This document shows, one piece after another, positions 50,820 to 60,110 of a stretch of DNA of 64,000 nt (position 1 is its first letter; every line of letters starts with the position of its first letter). Origin of the DNA: an uncultured virus (IMG/VR IMGVR_UViG_3300031840_000546). Lineage: Duplodnaviria; Heunggongvirae; Uroviricota; Caudoviricetes. Location of the stretch: IMG/VR virus record IMGVR_UViG_3300031840_000546; one strand, written 5' to 3'. The notes below the pieces were generated by a model, which ran no database searches, was not told where the DNA came from, and saw only the letters and a list, made by a program, of their open reading frames with translations. The position numbers were made by a program, and so were the translations under genes.

Positions 50820-51744
50820 TGTTGCAATCTTCTGCACAGGAGATAAAAAATATATTCCCCAAATGATTGTAGCGTTGCACATCGCTTGTAACAAAAATGA
50901 TTTTACACCTTTCATTGTTACAGATGCACCAGACGAAGAAATCGAACTGGTAAAACGTTTTGATATCACTACACTTAGAATTGATTTGAAAGAGACTTTC
51001 GATAGATACAATCAAAACTGGCCTTCTCAGAGTTTTTGGTGGTGTGCTGCTCCTGCACTTCTTCATGACTTGGGTTATAAGTATAGCATATTCATTGATG
51101 CTGATGTGTATTGTAATAAAACATTAGACCTTAGTTTACTCAATGATGACCTTGAAATTGCTGCAAGAGAACTTGAAACAAAAAACGAATTTAACTCAGG
51201 TGTAATTTTATTCAACAACGAGAAGATGGTTAATAAAGATTTATACACAAAATTTATTAATGCCTATACTCCAATGTCTACGATTGCTTACGAAAGATAT
51301 CATGGAGGTAAAGTTCATGACCAACAAGTATTATCTGCGATAGGATCTGGATACAATCAATATTCTGACTTTCTTCGTAAATCAGGTGACTTCGAAATTA
51401 AAAAGTTAGACATCTTATGGAACTACCAGTTTCATAGAGCGTCGGGTCAGAATGATGAATACTTAGATTTAGATTATCGTGAGGTAAAAGAGAAAGTGTC
51501 CTTTGCTCACTTCTTGATGTCAAGACCGTGGCAACATCACAAGTCATGGGGTGGAACACATGGACTATTTAAAACGAGAGACTTTCCTCATGGTTGGGTT
51601 GTAAAGAATAGAGGCGGTGAACCTAGACCCGAAACAAGAATACAATTTGTCATGGACTGGAGAGAAGAAGTTAGAAAAATAGAACAGAAGTATGGGTTTC
51701 AAATGTTTAACGATTTTGGTAAATTAGAGGAGATTTCACTGTGA
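50794..51744 (+). CDS. GT8-like glycosyltransferase
   Basis: FIDADV, FNSGVILFN, DQQVL, WNYQ, HF...RPW. Confidence 0.85.
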   Translation: MLFMLNRNDVAIFCTGDKKYIPQMIVALHIACNKNDFTPFIVTDAPDEEIELVKRFDITTLRIDLKETFDRYNQNWPSQSFWWCAAPALLHDLGYKYSIFIDADVYCNKTLDLSLLNDDLEIAARELETKNEFNSGVILFNNEKMVNKDLYTKFINAYTPMSTIAYERYHGGKVHDQQVLSAIGSGYNQYSDFLRKSGDFEIKKLDILWNYQFHRASGQNDEYLDLDYREVKEKVSFAHFLMSRPWQHHKSWGGTHGLFKTRDFPHGWVVKNRGGEPRPETRIQFVMDWREEVRKIEQKYGFQMFNDFGKLEEISL

Positions 51745-52532
51745 AGAAAAAAGTCATCGCATCACTTGGAATTAAAAATGAAGAGTGGATCATAGAGAAA
51801 ACACTCAATGTTCTAAATCGTTTTTGTGATAAAATTATCATCGTTGATGATCATAGCACAGACAACACAGAATCTATCTGTAGGTCATTCGATAAGGTAG
51901 AATGGAATGTAAATGTAGAACACGACTGGAAAACAAGAACTGATGGTGTTCAAAAAAACATAGCGATTCAAGCAATCAAACCACACAATCCTGATTATGT
52001 TCTCTTCTTGGACGGGGATGAAATACCGTTTAGAAATATGCCTGACTTTATTGATGAAAGAGATGACTCGGTTGATTTATGGAAGTTACCTTTCGTGCAT
52101 TTGTGGGGTGATGAGAGTCACTACAGAGTAGATAAGTTTTCTACATCTCAGGGTGTTGAAGTCAACTACAATCCATTCTGCGGTCCTGCTGTTCATGGAC
52201 TAGGTGGTGGATCGAAAAAAGGATTCTTAATGAAGTGGAGGGATGGGTTCGACTATAAGCACAGAACAGACCACCACATTCTACCAATGGAACCCGTGAA
52301 TGTTCCAGGCGTATATGGTGAGTCAAATGAAACTGGTATTTTGCATTATGGTAAAATAACAGAACACTTTAAGACTGGTAAAAAAGATGAGGAATATGCT
52401 GTCATGAGATCTCATACGATGGGGTTCAATCTACAAGATAGAATTAAGCACCATGAAGAGTGTCGAGATGAGACTAACATGGAACTAAAAGAAGTAAACC
52501 CTGAGTGGTTGTGGGAGGACTCGGATGATTGA
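51741..52532 (+). CDS. GT2 glycosyltransferase
   Basis: IKNEE...IVDDHSTDNT...FLDGDE...ILHYG. Confidence 0.85.
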   Translation: MKKKVIASLGIKNEEWIIEKTLNVLNRFCDKIIIVDDHSTDNTESICRSFDKVEWNVNVEHDWKTRTDGVQKNIAIQAIKPHNPDYVLFLDGDEIPFRNMPDFIDERDDSVDLWKLPFVHLWGDESHYRVDKFSTSQGVEVNYNPFCGPAVHGLGGGSKKGFLMKWRDGFDYKHRTDHHILPMEPVNVPGVYGESNETGILHYGKITEHFKTGKKDEEYAVMRSHTMGFNLQDRIKHHEECRDETNMELKEVNPEWLWEDSDD

Positions 52533-53463
52533 TGTAATTATACCAACGCATGTCAAAGACACAGAGACTTTAGAGTTATGCATAGAACAGGCAAGAAAGA
52601 ATGTTCTTAATGTAAACAAAGTGTATGTTATATCAAAGGATAAGTTGACAGATTCAGCAGAGTGGATTCCCGAAAGTGCATTTCCGTTTTCGTTGGATGA
52701 TGTTGTGAATATCATCGGAGAAGGATGGAGAACAACTTGGTATTATCAACAGGTATTAAAGTTCTACGCTCATGAGGCTTGTGATGGTTTATTAGATGAT
52801 TATCTTATTGTTGACTCGGATACAATGTTTTTACGACCGATTGATTTTTATGAAGAAGAGTCTGGAAAGATCTACTTCAACTTTGGTTACGAAAAATATC
52901 CATCATATGATGAGCATATGAAAAAATTAGTGCCTGGTTTGAATCGAGTTGATGACAAGTCTGGTATCACACATAGCATGGTCTTTTCTAGAGACATCTT
53001 AACTGAACTAAAAAAGACCGTTGAACTTAAACACGACTCTCCTCTTTGGAAAGCATTCTTAGATATCACCAATCATAAGTATTTAAGCGTTGATAATCAG
53101 AGTCACGATGCTAATGGTAGAGCATCTGAATATGAAATTTATTTCAATTACGCTAGAACCCATTTCCGTGATCGTGTAATTTGTAGACCTCTGAATTCAA
53201 TCTTAGCCTATAAAGGTAATCTTCATAAAGTTAAGATGAACTTTGGTTCTCGCACAAATAGATTACCAGCAGAGGCTGTCATTGACAACACGACAGAGGA
53301 GTTTAGTAGTTTAGAAGAGTCCTTTAGATATGTTATTGACAAGACGAGAGAAAATAACTACGATAGTGTAACGTTTCAAAAACACACTAGACAAGACTTT
53401 GATGAATACAAAAATGATTCTGTGGAATATCTGAGAGAAAACACTTATGTTGAGAATAAATGA
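52525..53463 (+). CDS. GT-A fold protein (DUF6492-like)
   Basis: IDVIIPTHVKD, WYYQQVLK, IVDSDT, SEYEIYFNY. Confidence 0.65.
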   Translation: MIDVIIPTHVKDTETLELCIEQARKNVLNVNKVYVISKDKLTDSAEWIPESAFPFSLDDVVNIIGEGWRTTWYYQQVLKFYAHEACDGLLDDYLIVDSDTMFLRPIDFYEEESGKIYFNFGYEKYPSYDEHMKKLVPGLNRVDDKSGITHSMVFSRDILTELKKTVELKHDSPLWKAFLDITNHKYLSVDNQSHDANGRASEYEIYFNYARTHFRDRVICRPLNSILAYKGNLHKVKMNFGSRTNRLPAEAVIDNTTEEFSSLEESFRYVIDKTRENNYDSVTFQKHTRQDFDEYKNDSVEYLRENTYVENK

Positions 53464-54292
53464 AATCACCCGTGGTCGCATGGGTAATAAAATTTTACAC
53501 TACAATACTCTCGCTCAATTAGGTGCATCGAAGAAGCAAGATGTTTCATGTAACGTGTGGGAGGATCAACGTTTTTTCACCAATACCATAACTCATAAGT
53601 CACCAGAGAATCCAGAGACTAAACTATCTTGGAGAGAGATTCTTACTAATCCTACGATGAGTTTTCGCAAAGATATAGATTATGAAGTAGATGAGTATGC
53701 AATTCATAATGTTTTCTGGAGAGTCACAAAACAAGATCCTAGAGATTTTTTACAAATCTCGGATCAATACAAAAAGAAACTTAGAGATGATGTTATCACA
53801 GTAGGTATTCATTTTCGAGGAACTGATATTCTAGGTGGTGATGGTAACGGTGGTCGTGAGATTCATAGTCCTGAATATTATAAAAATGCAATAGACTTTG
53901 TAAGAGATCATTATTCCGAGACACACTTTTATCTCTGCACTGATGATATGAGTTTTATAAGTTTTAGAGAAACTGTTGATTACTTGCAGAGAGAGAATCT
54001 TAGTTTTAGTTTAGGTAGTCCAGACAAGTATGATGATTTTTCCACTCTCGCTGAGTGTGATGTGTTGATCGCATCATCTAGTACGTTCGTCGTATGTGCG
54101 GGTTTCTTAGGTAAGAAAAATAAAAAGATAATTCACAGTAAAGAGTGGATAAATAAGAATGTAGAGCATACACTATGGCATCCTACAGATCCACCAGATG
54201 TTAGAGAGTGGCAACTTAGTTTCGATGAGTTTTGGGTAGAGTTGTATAGATCGGGTGGTAATCAATTCTATGAATTATGGAGTGTGGTATGA
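53447..54292 (+). CDS. GT11-like glycosyltransferase
   Basis: GRMGNK, VGIHFRGTD, CTDD, SSSTF. Confidence 0.75.
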   Translation: MLRINEITRGRMGNKILHYNTLAQLGASKKQDVSCNVWEDQRFFTNTITHKSPENPETKLSWREILTNPTMSFRKDIDYEVDEYAIHNVFWRVTKQDPRDFLQISDQYKKKLRDDVITVGIHFRGTDILGGDGNGGREIHSPEYYKNAIDFVRDHYSETHFYLCTDDMSFISFRETVDYLQRENLSFSLGSPDKYDDFSTLAECDVLIASSSTFVVCAGFLGKKNKKIIHSKEWINKNVEHTLWHPTDPPDVREWQLSFDEFWVELYRSGGNQFYELWSVV

Positions 54293-54990
54293 TAATTAAT
54301 TACGATAAGGAAAAATATGATTTCGCTAATCTTGTTGGTTCTTTGTTTGATGTTCCTCTGTCCGAACTGGACAATCAGGATGAGAAAAAGAATCTTACGC
54401 TTGGTAACGATACTAGAACAGCGTTTCATAAAGTGTTTTATCGAAGACTAGACGAGGGTTGGGAAGACTTCGAATACACCTATATTTCGTTTGTTCGAGA
54501 TGTCATCTTCCCTCTATTCGAAGATGATGTCTTGGTATATCAAAAGACTCCAGGCATTCGTTTTAATAGACCAGGCGCTAAAGCAGTCTATAGATGGCAT
54601 AGTGATGGAGACTCATTTCACAAACATCCTCTGGGTGAGATCAACGTGTTTCTTCCGTTGACAAAAGCATTTGGTACAAACACTATGTGGGCTGAATCAC
54701 TGCCTGGTCTTGGTGATTTCGCTCCTATTGAATTAGAGTATGGTCAAGTCTATCTTGGATACTTGAACCAATGTCGTCATGGAAACAAGGATAACGAGAC
54801 AGGCAAGACTAGAGTAAGTTTTGACTTTAGGGTTATTCCAGGCTTTGCTTACGACGATACATGCACGAAAGTAACTTGCACAACTAAGTCACCATTCTTA
54901 GTGGGTGGTTACTATGAGAAGATGGAAAGAGATGATACACCAAAAACGTTTGATGAAGATGAAAACAATAAGTTAGGGGCTGCTTGCTGA
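54289..54990 (+). CDS. StrG-like 2OG/Fe(II) dioxygenase
   Basis: YQKTPGIR, WHSD (HxD), EINVFLPLT, HGNKDNETGKTRVSFDFR. Confidence 0.75.
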   Translation: MIINYDKEKYDFANLVGSLFDVPLSELDNQDEKKNLTLGNDTRTAFHKVFYRRLDEGWEDFEYTYISFVRDVIFPLFEDDVLVYQKTPGIRFNRPGAKAVYRWHSDGDSFHKHPLGEINVFLPLTKAFGTNTMWAESLPGLGDFAPIELEYGQVYLGYLNQCRHGNKDNETGKTRVSFDFRVIPGFAYDDTCTKVTCTTKSPFLVGGYYEKMERDDTPKTFDEDENNKLGAAC

Positions 54991-55634
54991 TGTTAGAGGT
55001 ATGTCTTAGAAAATATGGTTTGTCCGATCCGTGGGATGTTGTTGATTTGTTTGAGCGAACAATCGCAGATTACGCAGGTAGTAAATACGCTGTAACCGTT
55101 GACAGTTGTACCAACGCTATGTTTTTGTGCTTGAAGTATTTAAAGTTCGAGGGTGAAATCACAATACCAGCGAGAACTTATGTTTCAGTTCCTTGCACAG
55201 TTATTCATGCTGGTTGTCAGGTGAAGTTTGAAGATGCTGAATGGGAAGGCGCATATCAACTAAAACCTACACCAGTGTATGATGGTGCTGTTCATATGTG
55301 CAGAGACATGTATAAGTCTGATACGTTTCATTGTTTATCATTCCATAGAAAAAAGCACATTCCTATCGGTAAAGGTGGTATGATACTTACCGACGACAAA
55401 GAAGCGTATGAGTGGTTCAAGGTCGCAAGATATGAGGGAAGACATATGGACAGGTTCTATAAAGATGATGAGTTTGATGTCATTGGTTGGAACATGTATA
55501 TGACTCCAGAGCAAGCGTCAAAAGGTCTGTTACTTTTTCACGAAAAAATTAAGGATAGAAATCCTGATGTAGAAACTTCTGGTAACTATAACGATTTATC
55601 GAGATTCCCCATCTATGAGAAAGCGAATAGGTAA
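54990..55634 (+). CDS. Short DegT/DnrJ/EryC1/StrS-family sugar aminotransferase
   Basis: FERTIADYAGSKYAVTVDSCTNA, LSFHRKKHIPIGKGGMILTD; about 214 aa. Confidence 0.85.
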   Translation: MLEVCLRKYGLSDPWDVVDLFERTIADYAGSKYAVTVDSCTNAMFLCLKYLKFEGEITIPARTYVSVPCTVIHAGCQVKFEDAEWEGAYQLKPTPVYDGAVHMCRDMYKSDTFHCLSFHRKKHIPIGKGGMILTDDKEAYEWFKVARYEGRHMDRFYKDDEFDVIGWNMYMTPEQASKGLLLFHEKIKDRNPDVETSGNYNDLSRFPIYEKANR

Positions 55635-55637
55635 AAT

Positions 55638-56456
55638 ATGCGAACAAAAATTATCGCCGAGATTGGTATCAATCACAATGGTTCTATGGAAATCGCCAAG
55701 TCTCTCATCGACGTTGCGAGCGTTGCTGGATGTGATTATGTAAAGTTTCAAAAAAGAAACCCAGACGTTTGTGTACCAGAAGAACAAAAAAACAAAATGA
55801 GAGAAACTCCGTGGGGAGAGATGACATATCTCGACTACAAGTGGAAGACGGAGTTCGATAGAAATCAATACGCAGAGTTATTTAAATACTGCGAGCATCG
55901 TGGTATTGAGATGTTTGCATCTGTATGGGACAAAGACTCAGTTGACTTTATGAGACAATTTACTAAAGTCATGAAGATTCCATCTGCATTGATTACTAAT
56001 TTAGACTTGGTGGAGTATGCTCGTTCTCACTCAGATTTCTTAATGATATCTACAGGAATGAGTACGGAGGACGAGATTACCCGATGCGTGGAAGCGGGTG
56101 ACCCAAGTTTAATTTTTCACACTAACTCATCATATCCATCACCAGTTGAGGACTTGAATCTAAATTATATCGATCACTTGAAAGAAACTTATCCAGACAA
56201 AGAAATAGGTTATAGTGGTCACGAGTTTGGTTTGGTTCCAAGTTATACTGCTGTAGTGAAAGGTGCAACGTGGATTGAAAGACACATCACACTCGATAGG
56301 ACTATGTGGGGATCAGACCAGATGGCATCAGTTGAACCTCACGGTCTTATGAAATTAGTAAAAGACATACGAAGCATTGAAGCGTCATTAGGTCAGGGAG
56401 GACGTAGAGAAGTTTTCGAATCTGAATTGTCAAAAAGAAAATCTTTACGAGGTTAA
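55638..56456 (+). CDS. neuB: N-acetylneuraminate/nonulosonate synthase family
   Basis: IIAEIGINHNG, VKFQKR, ISTGMS, GYSGHE, IERHITLD; lacks the C-terminal AFP-like domain. Confidence 0.92.
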   Translation: MRTKIIAEIGINHNGSMEIAKSLIDVASVAGCDYVKFQKRNPDVCVPEEQKNKMRETPWGEMTYLDYKWKTEFDRNQYAELFKYCEHRGIEMFASVWDKDSVDFMRQFTKVMKIPSALITNLDLVEYARSHSDFLMISTGMSTEDEITRCVEAGDPSLIFHTNSSYPSPVEDLNLNYIDHLKETYPDKEIGYSGHEFGLVPSYTAVVKGATWIERHITLDRTMWGSDQMASVEPHGLMKLVKDIRSIEASLGQGGRREVFESELSKRKSLRG

Positions 56457-56457
56457 T

Positions 56458-57093
56458 ATGAAAACAGTTGCATTGATACCTGCGAGAGGCGGTAGTAAGG
56501 GTGTTCAGAATAAAAATATTAGACTTCTGAACGACGAACCTTTAATTTTTTACTCTATCACAGCGGCTAAATATTCTAACGTGGATGAAGTTTGGGTTAG
56601 TACCGATAGTGGTGCAATCAAATCAGCGTCATTGAGTGTTGGTGCGAAAGTCATCGACCGTCCGAAAGAGTTAGCAGGAGATAATAGTCGTAGTGAAGAT
56701 GCTTTACTTCACTTCTGTGAGAATGTGGAGTTTGATCGTCTGGTGTTTATACAAGCGACATCACCACTCATTCAACCAGATCATATCAATGGTGGTCTTG
56801 AGTTAATGAACCAATACGACTCTGTTTTTTCTGCCTACAAGGAACATTGGTTACCACGATGGACGATGGATGTAAAACCAAATAACTTTCACTCAGTAAG
56901 CAGTCGTGGTATGAGACAAGACTATGAGGATGTGTGGGTGGAGAATGGTGCATTTTATATTACAAGTAGAGATCAATTGCTCAAATCAAAAAACAGAGTG
57001 AGTGGAAACATAGGTGTGTATGAAATGAAACCACACCAAAGTGTTCAGATCGATACAGAACATGACTTTGAATTTTGTGAGAAACTATTATGA
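56458..57093 (+). CDS. neuA: CMP-nonulosonate synthetase (NeuA-like, copy 2)
   Basis: IPARGGSKGVQNKN, QATSP, ENGAFY, QIDTEHDF. Confidence 0.9.
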   Translation: MKTVALIPARGGSKGVQNKNIRLLNDEPLIFYSITAAKYSNVDEVWVSTDSGAIKSASLSVGAKVIDRPKELAGDNSRSEDALLHFCENVEFDRLVFIQATSPLIQPDHINGGLELMNQYDSVFSAYKEHWLPRWTMDVKPNNFHSVSSRGMRQDYEDVWVENGAFYITSRDQLLKSKNRVSGNIGVYEMKPHQSVQIDTEHDFEFCEKLL

Positions 57094-57407
57094 TATATTG
57101 CTTTGATTTAGATGGAACTTTGTGTACCCAAAGAGATGGTGATTATGAAAACGCACAACCTTTTAAGGATCGTATCGCTCATGTAAATAAATTACATAAA
57201 GCAGGTCATAAAATTATTATTGAAACTGCAAGAGGTAGCGGTAAAACAAAAGGTAAAGATTGGACTACCATTACAAACCTACAGTTGTTAGGATGGGGTC
57301 TTCTGTTCGATGAGTTACGAACGGGTATAAAGTTTAGTGCTGACGTTTATGTGGATGATCGATCTATACACCCTGAACAGTTTTTTAATCCTGCGGTGAA
57401 ACAATGA
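57090..57407 (+). CDS. Capless HAD-family phosphatase
   Basis: FDLDGTL, ETARG, YVDDR. Confidence 0.85.
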   Translation: MIYCFDLDGTLCTQRDGDYENAQPFKDRIAHVNKLHKAGHKIIIETARGSGKTKGKDWTTITNLQLLGWGLLFDELRTGIKFSADVYVDDRSIHPEQFFNPAVKQ

Positions 57408-58381
57408 TTTTAGTTTGCTTTGGTACAAGACCTGAATATATTAAGATTAAACCACTACTCGATGTGTTTGATGGTGTGGTTAATTACAAAATTTTATTCA
57501 CGGGTCAACACGAGGATCTTCTCGATGGTGTCCACGCAGATCAGAAACTACAAATCATTGATGGTGAGAATCGACTCGATAGCATTACATCGTCTGTGAT
57601 GAATTCAATCGACTTCAAGGGTATTGATCAAGTGTTAGTGCAGGGGGATACAGCGACAGCATTTGCGATTGCGTTGAGTGCTTTCCATCACCGTATTCCT
57701 ATTATACATCTCGAAGCAGGAATGAGAACCTTTGATACGAACAATCCATACCCTGAAGAGTTTTACAGACAGGCGATATCCAGAGTTGCTGATATTCATT
57801 TAGCACCTAGTCAAATAGAAAAAGACAATCTGATTTACGAAAATCAAAACGACAAAAATATTCATGTTGTTGGTAACACTGTGTTAGATAATCTTAAGGA
57901 TGTATCTATTTCATACAACAAACGAGTTTTGGTTACTTTACACCGCAGAGAAAACCATCACCACATCGCTGAGTATTTTAAAAGACTCTCACAGATTGCT
58001 GAAGAAAATTCTGACTTAGAGTTTGTGATTCCGTTACATCCAAATCCTAATGTGCAAAAGCATAGAAATCTTCTAAAAAACATTAAAGTTATTGACCCAC
58101 TTCCATATGATGAAATGATCCAAGAAATCGCAAGATGTCGTTTTATAATTTCTGACAGTGGCGGTATACAAGAGGAGGCTTCTTTCTTACACAAGAAAGT
58201 TATTGTGTGCAGAGAAAAGACAGAGCGTGTATCGACGGTCGGATTAAATTGTTTCTTGTGTTCCCATCCATCAAAACTAAATGACATGGTGAGATCTATA
58301 CGAGACAACTACATAGTGTATAGTGATTGTCCTTATGGTGATGGACATGCGAGTGAAAAGATATTGGAGATTTTGAAATGA
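57404..58381 (+). CDS. wecB: UDP-GlcNAc 2-epimerase (non-hydrolysing, WecB-type)
   Basis: FGTRPE, TGQH, VQGDT, HLEAGMRT, PEE, TLHRREN, DSGGIQEEA, PYGDG. Confidence 0.9.
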   Translation: MILVCFGTRPEYIKIKPLLDVFDGVVNYKILFTGQHEDLLDGVHADQKLQIIDGENRLDSITSSVMNSIDFKGIDQVLVQGDTATAFAIALSAFHHRIPIIHLEAGMRTFDTNNPYPEEFYRQAISRVADIHLAPSQIEKDNLIYENQNDKNIHVVGNTVLDNLKDVSISYNKRVLVTLHRRENHHHIAEYFKRLSQIAEENSDLEFVIPLHPNPNVQKHRNLLKNIKVIDPLPYDEMIQEIARCRFIISDSGGIQEEASFLHKKVIVCREKTERVSTVGLNCFLCSHPSKLNDMVRSIRDNYIVYSDCPYGDGHASEKILEILK

Positions 58382-59274
58382 AGCATATCGTGACGGGTGG
58401 AGCAGGATTTATAGGATCACATATTGTTGATCGCTTAGTGTCTGATGGTCACGAAGTGATTGTAATTGACGATGAATCCTCAGAGTCTCACGACCAGTTT
58501 TATCACAATGAGTCCGCAACATATCGCAAGTATGATATTGCAGTTCATAAGTATTGGTTTAAAAAACTATTCGAAGGCGTTGATACAGTCTTTCACTGTG
58601 CAGCAGAGTCTCGCATACAACCTGCTATCGAAAATCCACTGAAGGCTGTTATGACCAATGCTTACGGAACTTGCTCAGTATTGCAAGCAGCAAGAGAGGC
58701 TGGTGTTCGTCGTGTAGTGTATTCCTCTACTTCTTCTGCTTATGGGTTCAACGAAACTCCAAACGTCGAAACTCAACCAGATGACTGTCTTAATCCATAC
58801 TCTGTGTCAAAAGTTTCGGGAGAGAAACTCTGCAAGATGTATTCAGACTTGTTTGGTCTGGAGACTGTGGTGTTTCGATACTTCAATGTTTATGGGGAGA
58901 GACAACCGTTACGGGGTCAGTACGCACCAGTAATCGGTAAATTTATAGAGCAACACAAGAGAGGTGATCCTCTTACGATTGTTCCTGACGGTGAGCAGCG
59001 TAGAGACTTTACACATGTGTCTGATATTGTAGAGGCTAATATGATCGCATCGAGTATAGAATTAGATTCTTACGGTGGTGTGTTTAACTTGGGGACTGGT
59101 AAAAACTATTCTATAAACGAACTTGCTGCTATGATTTCAGACAGTACGGTGATGATTGATCCTAGACCAGGCGAGACTAGGATCAGTAAAGCGAATATAA
59201 GTAAGAGTAAAGAAACTCTCAAGTGGAGCCCCAAAGTTAATCTTGAAGATTGGGTGAAAGAGGCTATAACATGA
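58378..59274 (+). CDS. NAD-dependent nucleotide-sugar epimerase (extended SDR)
   Basis: VTGGAGFIGSH, YSVSK (YxxxK), RYFNVYG, RDFTHVSD. Confidence 0.92.
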   Translation: MKHIVTGGAGFIGSHIVDRLVSDGHEVIVIDDESSESHDQFYHNESATYRKYDIAVHKYWFKKLFEGVDTVFHCAAESRIQPAIENPLKAVMTNAYGTCSVLQAAREAGVRRVVYSSTSSAYGFNETPNVETQPDDCLNPYSVSKVSGEKLCKMYSDLFGLETVVFRYFNVYGERQPLRGQYAPVIGKFIEQHKRGDPLTIVPDGEQRRDFTHVSDIVEANMIASSIELDSYGGVFNLGTGKNYSINELAAMISDSTVMIDPRPGETRISKANISKSKETLKWSPKVNLEDWVKEAIT

Positions 59275-60110
59275 ATGTAGGTGTGATTGGAAATGGTTTT
59301 GTTGGTAATGCGGTTGCAAAGGGTTTTGGTAAACACTTAGATGTTCTCATCTACGATACCGACGCTAGTAGATCCACACATAGTCTTACAGAGACACTTA
59401 ACTGTGACTATGTTTTTGTATGTTTACCTACTCCCATGATTAGTGCCGAAGGTGGTAGATGTAATCTCTCCATTCTCGAAAAGTTTTTCGAAGAAGTGTC
59501 AAAGGTAGAAACAGAGGCGATCTTTATCATCAAGTCAACTGTTCCCGTGGGCACAACACAAAGAATAAGCGAACTATATCCGCATATGAAAATCGTACAC
59601 AACCCAGAGTTTTTAACTGCTGCTAACGCAGAGTATGATTTCATAAACGCAGATAGACATGTGATTGGTGGGGACACCGAGTTCTTACCTGATGTGATTA
59701 AGTTATACAAAACATTTTTTCCATTCATACCCGTTCATAGCATGAAGTCTAAAGAATCAGAGTGCGTGAAGTATTTTGCTAATTGTTTCTTAGCAGCAAA
59801 AGTTATGGTATTCAACGAAATGAAGATGTTGTGTGAAAACTTGGGGGATGTTAATTATGATAACATCATGGATGGTGTGTGTTCGGATGATCGCATAGGT
59901 CATAGTCACACGCATGTGCCTGGTCCTGATGGAGACTATGGTTTTGGAGGCACATGCTTTCCAAAGGATATCAATTCTCTTATAAATATAATGATTGACA
60001 ATGACGTTGATCCCATTGTGTTGAAAGCAGTTTGGGATCAGAACAAAAATTACAGAAACAACTGGGATTGGTCGAATAACCAGTCTGCGGTTCTAGAGCA
60101 GAGTGAATAA
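59271..60110 (+). CDS. UDP-glucose/GDP-mannose dehydrogenase family, lacking the C-terminal domain
   Basis: GNGFVG, IKSTVPVG, NPEFL, GFGGTCFPKD; about 279 aa. Confidence 0.88.
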   Translation: MNVGVIGNGFVGNAVAKGFGKHLDVLIYDTDASRSTHSLTETLNCDYVFVCLPTPMISAEGGRCNLSILEKFFEEVSKVETEAIFIIKSTVPVGTTQRISELYPHMKIVHNPEFLTAANAEYDFINADRHVIGGDTEFLPDVIKLYKTFFPFIPVHSMKSKESECVKYFANCFLAAKVMVFNEMKMLCENLGDVNYDNIMDGVCSDDRIGHSHTHVPGPDGDYGFGGTCFPKDINSLINIMIDNDVDPIVLKAVWDQNKNYRNNWDWSNNQSAVLEQSE

